From an uncultured Aquificales bacterium (GTDB lineage Bacteria > Aquificota > Aquificia > Aquificales > Hydrogenothermaceae), in assembly GCA_964519345.1 (NCBI GenBank), contig CAZFKX010000017.1, positions 9,803 through 73,802 of the forward strand: a stretch of 64,000 nucleotides of DNA. The letters run 5' to 3'. A program made the position numbers and the translations under genes. The notes beneath the pieces are model-generated. The model made no database searches and was not told the origin of the DNA. It saw nothing but the letters and a program-made list of their open reading frames with translations. Shown one piece after another: positions 59,560-64,000 of the stretch; the stretch's first letter is position 1, and each line of letters opens with the position of its first letter.

Positions 59560-60287
59560 CTCATACTTACGGATCTTTTTAGTTTTTTTATCTCTTCATC
59601 TGTTAATTCTCTAAAACTGCCTGATTCAAGACGATCATCAAGAGATAAAGTTCCAATTCTAACTCTTTTAAGATAGATGACAGGATGATTAATCTGCTCC
59701 ATTATCTTTTTTACAATGTGGTATTTACCTTCCCGGACTGTTATAAACACCTCGGATTTTTCCTTAGAAGTTGATAGTATTTTTACTTTAAAAGGTTTGG
59801 TTTTGTAATTATCTTTTTTCAGAAAGATACCTTCTTTCTCAAAGACTGATAGATCTATCTTAGATATATCACCTCTAACAACAGCGTAATATTCTTTCTC
59901 AATATTCCATTTTGGATGGCTTACTCTATGTGCAAGCTGTCCATCATCTGTTATTATTAATAGTCCTTCTGTGTCAATATCCAGTCTTCCTACAGGAAAT
60001 AGGTTTTTGCTGAACGGAAGATCACTGAAGAATTCCATAACTGTAGGATATCTCTCATCTTTTACAGCTGTTACATAACCTGAAGGCTTGTTGAACATAT
60101 AATAAAGGTTTTTTCTATATCTTAGAAGGTTGCCTTCGTAATATACAGAATCTCTTTCAGGGTCTATTTTTAGATTAGGTTTTTTAACAACAGAACCATT
60201 AACAGATATAAAACCTTCCTTTATTAATTTTTTAACTTCTTTACGGCTGCCAAGACCAAAATCTGCAAGAAATTTATCTATTCTTAT
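59556..60287 (-). CDS. Pseudouridine synthase (RsuA/RluB family) with an N-terminal S4 domain. There is no canonical start codon, and ATA occupies the expected initiator position.
   Basis: The track ORF (59556-60098) begins at MFNKPSGYVTAV, the first catalytic-domain motif. Manual translation shows that the same frame continues upstream as (ATA)RIDKFLADFGLGSRKEVKKLIKEGFISVNGSVVKKPNLKIDPERDSVYYEGNLLRYRKNLYY, a complete S4 domain. This upstream part has no ATG, GTG or TTG back to a TAA. GAGGA lies 7 nt upstream of ATA 60287..60285. The catalytic motif is GRLDIDTEGLLIIT. Confidence 0.7.
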   Translation of the reverse strand: MRIDKFLADFGLGSRKEVKKLIKEGFISVNGSVVKKPNLKIDPERDSVYYEGNLLRYRKNLYYMFNKPSGYVTAVKDERYPTVMEFFSDLPFSKNLFPVGRLDIDTEGLLIITDDGQLAHRVSHPKWNIEKEYYAVVRGDISKIDLSVFEKEGIFLKKDNYKTKPFKVKILSTSKEKSEVFITVREGKYHIVKKIMEQINHPVIYLKRVRIGTLSLDDRLESGSFRELTDEEIKKLKRSVSMR

Positions 60288-60301
60288 TTTTAGTTCCTCA
60301 T

Positions 60302-60326
60302 AAAAAGAGGGGATCCTATGCCCCTC
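60302..60326 (-). terminator. Rho-independent terminator of the HU gene
   Basis: The minus strand reads GAGGGG-cataggat-CCCCTC followed by TTTTT, 13 nt after the HU stop. Confidence 0.65.
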
Positions 60327-60338
60327 TCTATAGAATCT

Positions 60339-60611
60339 TTACTTTACTTTCTCTTTTAAAGCTTTAGCAGCGTGGAATGTAACAACCTTTCTTGCAGGTA
60401 TTGTGATCTCTTCTCCTGTTCTTGGGTTTCTACCCTTTCTTGCTTTTCTCTCTTTGACGTTGAATACGCCAAGTCCCGGGAGAGCTACTCTTTCACCTTT
60501 CTCAAGAGCTTCTGTAAGAGCTTTTACAAATGCGTTAACACATCTTTCAGCAGATGCTTTTGTCACTCCTGCCTCAGTTGCTACTTTTGCTACAAGTTCT
60601 GCTTTTGTCAT
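60339..60611 (-). CDS. hup: DNA-binding protein HU
   Basis: 90 aa: [25 protein letters not shown] arm. Confidence 0.95.
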   Translation of the reverse strand: MTKAELVAKVATEAGVTKASAERCVNAFVKALTEALEKGERVALPGLGVFNVKERKARKGRNPRTGEEITIPARKVVTFHAAKALKEKVK

Positions 60612-60690
60612 GGTTGACCCTCCTGTAATTTAATTTTAAATACCCCAAAATGGCGATTTATCTATATCTGGGGCAAATTCTATACTTTAA

Positions 60691-60718
60691 TTTATATTAA
60701 TACTTTCTTAAAAGTCAA
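60691..60718 (-). promoter_or_regulatory. Candidate sigma-70 promoter for the HU gene
   Basis: The minus strand reads TTGACT-N16-TATAAA, about 80 nt upstream of the HU ATG. Confidence 0.4.
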
Positions 60719-60758
60719 GGGTTTTGTCTTTATTTTTCAATATTTTTGGCGTTTTGAA

Positions 60759-60783
60759 TAAAAAACTGGGGGAAAACCCCCTG
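60759..60783 (-). terminator. Rho-independent terminator after the ferredoxin gene
   Basis: The minus strand reads GGGGG-tttt-CCCCC followed by AGTTTTTT, 6 nt after the ferredoxin stop. Confidence 0.6.
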
Positions 60784-60788
60784 AATAT

Positions 60789-61022
60789 CTATTCTTCTAT
60801 AACCTCTGTTACTAAAGCACCAGAAGGGCATTCTTCAGAAATTTCTGCAGCTCTTTCAGCTATTTCTCCTTCAATAACTGCACCGTCTCCACCAACATCA
60901 TCCTTAACTTTAGCTATACCGTCCCCCCTATCTTCATAAACCTCAGGAAGTTCGTCATAGCACAAAGCACATGCTGTACACAGATCCTGATCAACAGAAA
61001 CTTTTACTTTCATCTTACTCAC
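60789..61022 (-). CDS. Small single-cluster [4Fe-4S]/[3Fe-4S] ferredoxin
   Basis: 77 aa with CTACALC ... CP, the CxxCxxC...CP pattern of monocluster thermophile ferredoxins. Confidence 0.85.
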   Translation of the reverse strand: MSKMKVKVSVDQDLCTACALCYDELPEVYEDRGDGIAKVKDDVGGDGAVIEGEIAERAAEISEECPSGALVTEVIEE

Positions 61023-61036
61023 CTCCCAAAGATAGT

Positions 61037-63718
61037 TTAATCTATGCTTTTTACTTTTCCAGTTTCAACATAGTAAATACTGTCAGCAGCATCTTCTACT
61101 TCAGTATCATGTGTTACTATTATAAGCTGTCTTACGAAATTTTTCCTTTTAAGTTCGAGAAGAAGATTTATAAGTTCGGATCTTCTTTGTTCATCAAGAT
61201 GAACAGTCGGCTCATCGAGTATAAGTATCTCATTTTTTGAAGAGAGGAATCTTCCGATAGAGAGTCTCAATGCAATGCCAAGTGCGGTTCTCTGACCACC
61301 ACTTATGGCATTTACTGTTATATATCTATCCTTTCTCTCAATTGATGGAACTAAAAGAGAGATATCAAAGTTTTCAGAAAACCTTACCTGCTGGAATGGA
61401 AATCCAAATATAGAAAATATCTGATTTGTAAGTTTAGGAAGTTCGTACAGGGCTGTATCCCTTATAACCTTCTGTATGCCTTCAGGTCCCAGTACTTTTT
61501 CTATCTTTCTATATTTTTCTGCTTTTTCCTTATTTAATCGGATATTCTTATTTATTTCTTCTGCCTTTTCGATCTCTTTCTTTTTTATTAGTATCTCCGT
61601 ATCAAGACTTGCTATCTCTTTCTCAAGATCTGTTTTTTCTTCCTGTATATATTTCAGTTTTTCTTCTATACCTTCTATCTCTTTTTTTAGCTTTATGATT
61701 TCTTTTTCAATAAAATCTGTCTCTTTAACTGATTTTATTATAGTTTTTATCTCCTCTGAGAATTTTTTTAGATCATTTTTAAGTGTTCTTATCTGATTCT
61801 CCAGATCATCTTTTTTCGAGATCTGCTCCCTGATTGAAAAATATCTTTCCACCTTTTTTTTCAGCTCCTTATACTCTTTATATACTATACTGGGATCTTC
61901 ATTCTTGATATCCTTTTTTAAAGAATTGACTTTTTTTTCTACGTTTTTTAACTCGTTTTCTAATTTTTCTATATCTATTCTGGATAGAAAGATAACAGCC
62001 TCCCTGTATCTGAGATATTTTTCCCTATTTTCAGATAAGAATTTTTCAATTTCTGATTTTTTTTTCTCAAGATCTTTAAGTTCTTTTATCTTTTTCTGAT
62101 TGACAAATATTCTGGATCTTATCTTCAAGCTTTCTTCTTCGGCTTCTTTATGTTTTAAGAAATACTCTTTGTATTCTTGAAGTCTTTCTTTTATGTATAG
62201 CTCTTTTTCTAAAAGTTCTGATATCTTTTTTTCCTTTTCCTTAACTTTTCTGTATCTCTTTCTCAGTTCTTCAAGTTTTTCATTTATCTCATTAATAAGA
62301 TCTTTCTTTGAGTGCTCATCTAACGGTCTTTCACATGTTGGACAACTCCCTTCAAGAGAACTTATTTTTTCTTTTTTCCTTTTAAGCTCCTTCCCCTCAG
62401 CCTCAATTTCTGTTTTTTTCCTTAATAGGTCTTTTATCTGCTCTTCATATCTTTTTATATCCTGTTCACAGTTGTGTATTAGTTGATTTACAGCGATAGG
62501 ATTGTGTATAAGTATATTGTATAGCTTTTTATACGATATGAGATCTTTTGCTATACTCTGGGCATTTTTCATACTCTCTGACAGTTTTGTTTTAAGCTCT
62601 TCATATCTTTCTTCAAAACTTTTAATTTCACCTTTTAGTTTTGATATTTCCGTTATTCTTGTGTGTATATCTTTTAGCGCTTTTTCCTTCTCTTCATATT
62701 CCATTGCCAACTTTTTTAGTTCTTTTTCTGTATTTTTTCTTTCTTTTATATCGTTTACCTTATCTTTTACTGCTTTTAGCCTTTCGTTTTCCTTTTCAAG
62801 TTTTCTGAAAATCTCAATAATTCTTTCAAGATCCTCATATCTTTTTACATAAGACTCCAGATCTGAAATTTCTTTTTCTTTTCTTTCTATATCCCTGATC
62901 TCCTCTTGCTTTGTTTTTATACTTTCTTTACAGCTTTTTATTTTTTCTTCCAGTATCCCAATCTTATTTTTTATCCTGAGTATTTCTTCCTTTTCTTTTA
63001 TATACTCCTCATATCTGTTTTTTAGGTTTTCCAGTTTTTTTTCTATATCTTTTTTTGTGTTTTCAATATTTTCTTTAACTTTGTATATTTTTTCCTTTTT
63101 ACTTTCTAAGATATCTAAATCCTTTTTAATCTGATCAATATCTGGGACTGTCGAGCTTATAAACTTTATCTGGGATTCTATCTGCCTTCTTTTTTCTGCT
63201 GCATATTCTGATATTAACTGATAGAGGCTCATATCAAGTATCTCTTCAAAGAGTTTTGCCCTCTCTCTTGGCCTCATCTCTATTATACTCTCTATTTCCC
63301 CCTGTCTTATAAGAACAGACGAAAAAAATGTTTTTAATGTAAATCCGGTTATTTTTGGAATTTCTTTTGATATATTTTTTTGATAGTACGGCAGAAACCT
63401 GTCTCCTTTTTTTTTATAAACTGTACCGGTAGATAATGTTTTTTTTCCTTTTATGGAAATGATCCTTTCTATCCTGTAGATTTCCTGACCTTTGATAAAA
63501 TCAAGCTCTATTTTAGATTCGTTTTTTCCCCACTGGACAAGATCCTGTAGATTTCCTTTTGATGTTTTTCCATATAAAGCAAACGATATCCCCTCAATTA
63601 TAGAGCTTTTACCTGCTCCATTTTCCCCTATAAATACTGTTATGCCTTTATCTGGAAAATTTATTTCTGTTTCTGTATGTGCAAGAAAATTTTTTAGGTA
63701 AATCCTTTTAAGAATCAT
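61037..63718 (-). CDS. sbcC: SbcC/Rad50-family SMC-like ATPase with a zinc hook
   Basis: Walker A GENGAGKSS, an approximately 600-aa coiled coil with a central CPTC hook, signature SGGQRTALGIALRL, and Walker B ILILDEPT. Confidence 0.85.
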   Translation of the reverse strand: MILKRIYLKNFLAHTETEINFPDKGITVFIGENGAGKSSIIEGISFALYGKTSKGNLQDLVQWGKNESKIELDFIKGQEIYRIERIISIKGKKTLSTGTVYKKKGDRFLPYYQKNISKEIPKITGFTLKTFFSSVLIRQGEIESIIEMRPRERAKLFEEILDMSLYQLISEYAAEKRRQIESQIKFISSTVPDIDQIKKDLDILESKKEKIYKVKENIENTKKDIEKKLENLKNRYEEYIKEKEEILRIKNKIGILEEKIKSCKESIKTKQEEIRDIERKEKEISDLESYVKRYEDLERIIEIFRKLEKENERLKAVKDKVNDIKERKNTEKELKKLAMEYEEKEKALKDIHTRITEISKLKGEIKSFEERYEELKTKLSESMKNAQSIAKDLISYKKLYNILIHNPIAVNQLIHNCEQDIKRYEEQIKDLLRKKTEIEAEGKELKRKKEKISSLEGSCPTCERPLDEHSKKDLINEINEKLEELRKRYRKVKEKEKKISELLEKELYIKERLQEYKEYFLKHKEAEEESLKIRSRIFVNQKKIKELKDLEKKKSEIEKFLSENREKYLRYREAVIFLSRIDIEKLENELKNVEKKVNSLKKDIKNEDPSIVYKEYKELKKKVERYFSIREQISKKDDLENQIRTLKNDLKKFSEEIKTIIKSVKETDFIEKEIIKLKKEIEGIEEKLKYIQEEKTDLEKEIASLDTEILIKKKEIEKAEEINKNIRLNKEKAEKYRKIEKVLGPEGIQKVIRDTALYELPKLTNQIFSIFGFPFQQVRFSENFDISLLVPSIERKDRYITVNAISGGQRTALGIALRLSIGRFLSSKNEILILDEPTVHLDEQRRSELINLLLELKRKNFVRQLIIVTHDTEVEDAADSIYYVETGKVKSID

Positions 63719-64000
63719 TTACTGACCTGTTTTCCCAATTTTTTCTCCACAGATTCTATTTTTTGTTTTAGTCTTCCTGATTTTCCTTTTCTTATATCAA
63801 ACTTAACTACAGAGTATATCCTGTTGCAGTCTTTTTCAAGTTGTTTATAGGCTTTTTCTATAATCTTTAAAGCCTCGTCCATTGTTTCCACCTCAAAAAC
63901 CGTACCCATAGGTGTGAGTTTGTAGTTTATCCCGCTCTCATCTATCATTTTAATAATCCTGCTCACATAAGAACTTACGCTTTCCCCTTTATCTGTTGGA
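63715..64000 (-). CDS. UPF0045 (MTH1187/YkoF-like) small protein, partial; the N-terminus lies beyond the right window edge
   Basis: The track ORF starts at an internal Met. The frame stays open to the window end (..PTDKGESVSSYVSRIIKMIDESGINYKLTPMGTVFE), matching the UPF0045 pattern. ATGA overlap with the sbcC-like start. Confidence 0.65.
   Translation of the reverse strand, partial: PTDKGESVSSYVSRIIKMIDESGINYKLTPMGTVFEVETMDEALKIIEKAYKQLEKDCNRIYSVVKFDIRKGKSGRLKQKIESVEKKLGKQVSK

Noticed and set aside
60640-60672. Hairpin CCCCA-N21-TGGGG in the HU 5' leader
   Set aside because: The stem is only 5 bp with a large loop. It is plausibly incidental, and I see no supporting feature.
61476-62852. 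Series of plus-strand ORFs (62-116 aa) rich in S, F and L opposite the sbcC-like gene
   Set aside because: They are mirror images of the K/E/L coiled-coil codons of the Rad50-like protein. They are classic shadow ORFs.
61037-63718. Possibility that the SMC-like ATPase belongs to a defence system (Lamassu, Wadjet or Gabija-like)
   Set aside because: It has the canonical Rad50/SbcC layout, with a central CxxC zinc hook. No adjacent nuclease, kleisin-like or helicase partner typical of those systems is present. The housekeeping SbcC reading is simpler.

Overview
This is an AT-rich, densely coding 64-kb chromosomal window. The proteins are K/E/I-rich, as in thermophiles. The gene content includes a glucosylglycerate gpgP / glycerate kinase / ggs / gpgS cluster, an intein-bearing type IIA topoisomerase A subunit and sigma-54 regulators. 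From memory, this best fits an Aquificae genome close to Persephonella; that is an inference, not a search result.

I support about 60 protein-coding genes, mostly housekeeping:
- RND efflux operon
- pabB and pabA
- mutS2-pfpI-glk
- secDF
- pgi and serS
- tamB
- gyrA
- moaCB, hpt, rimI and ribBA
- porin-pstSCAB-phoU-phoR-like
- cysM and ruvA
- glnBA
- coaE
- HU and a ferredoxin
- sbcC/rad50-like

I found no rRNA, tRNA, CRISPR array, transposase, integrase, prophage or recognisable defence island. The only selfish element is a 415-codon homing-endonuclease intein inserted at the catalytic Tyr of GyrA.

I cannot point to a clear-cut novel multi-gene system. The best candidates for something undescribed are:
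1. A tightly coupled operon of a FliM-like protein, a FliN-like protein, a polytopic GAF/PAS histidine kinase and a sigma-54 activator (4307-9073).
2. A promoter, a GC-rich pseudoknot-capable element and a terminator module in front of mutS2 (9070-9243).
3. An orphan secreted 7-heme cytochrome with a large heme-free N-domain (16008-18392).
4. A same-strand gene run that physically couples the Pho transport genes and a partner-less soluble PhoR-like kinase to the dual-pathway glucosylglycerate genes (35041-46119).
5. Two genes whose conserved N-terminal domains are in frame but have only ATA where a start codon is expected (5074 and 60287).

I also read a well-formed sigma-54 promoter with NtrC-type inverted repeats upstream of glnB-glnA. 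All family assignments are motif-level readings by eye and need HMM or BLAST confirmation.
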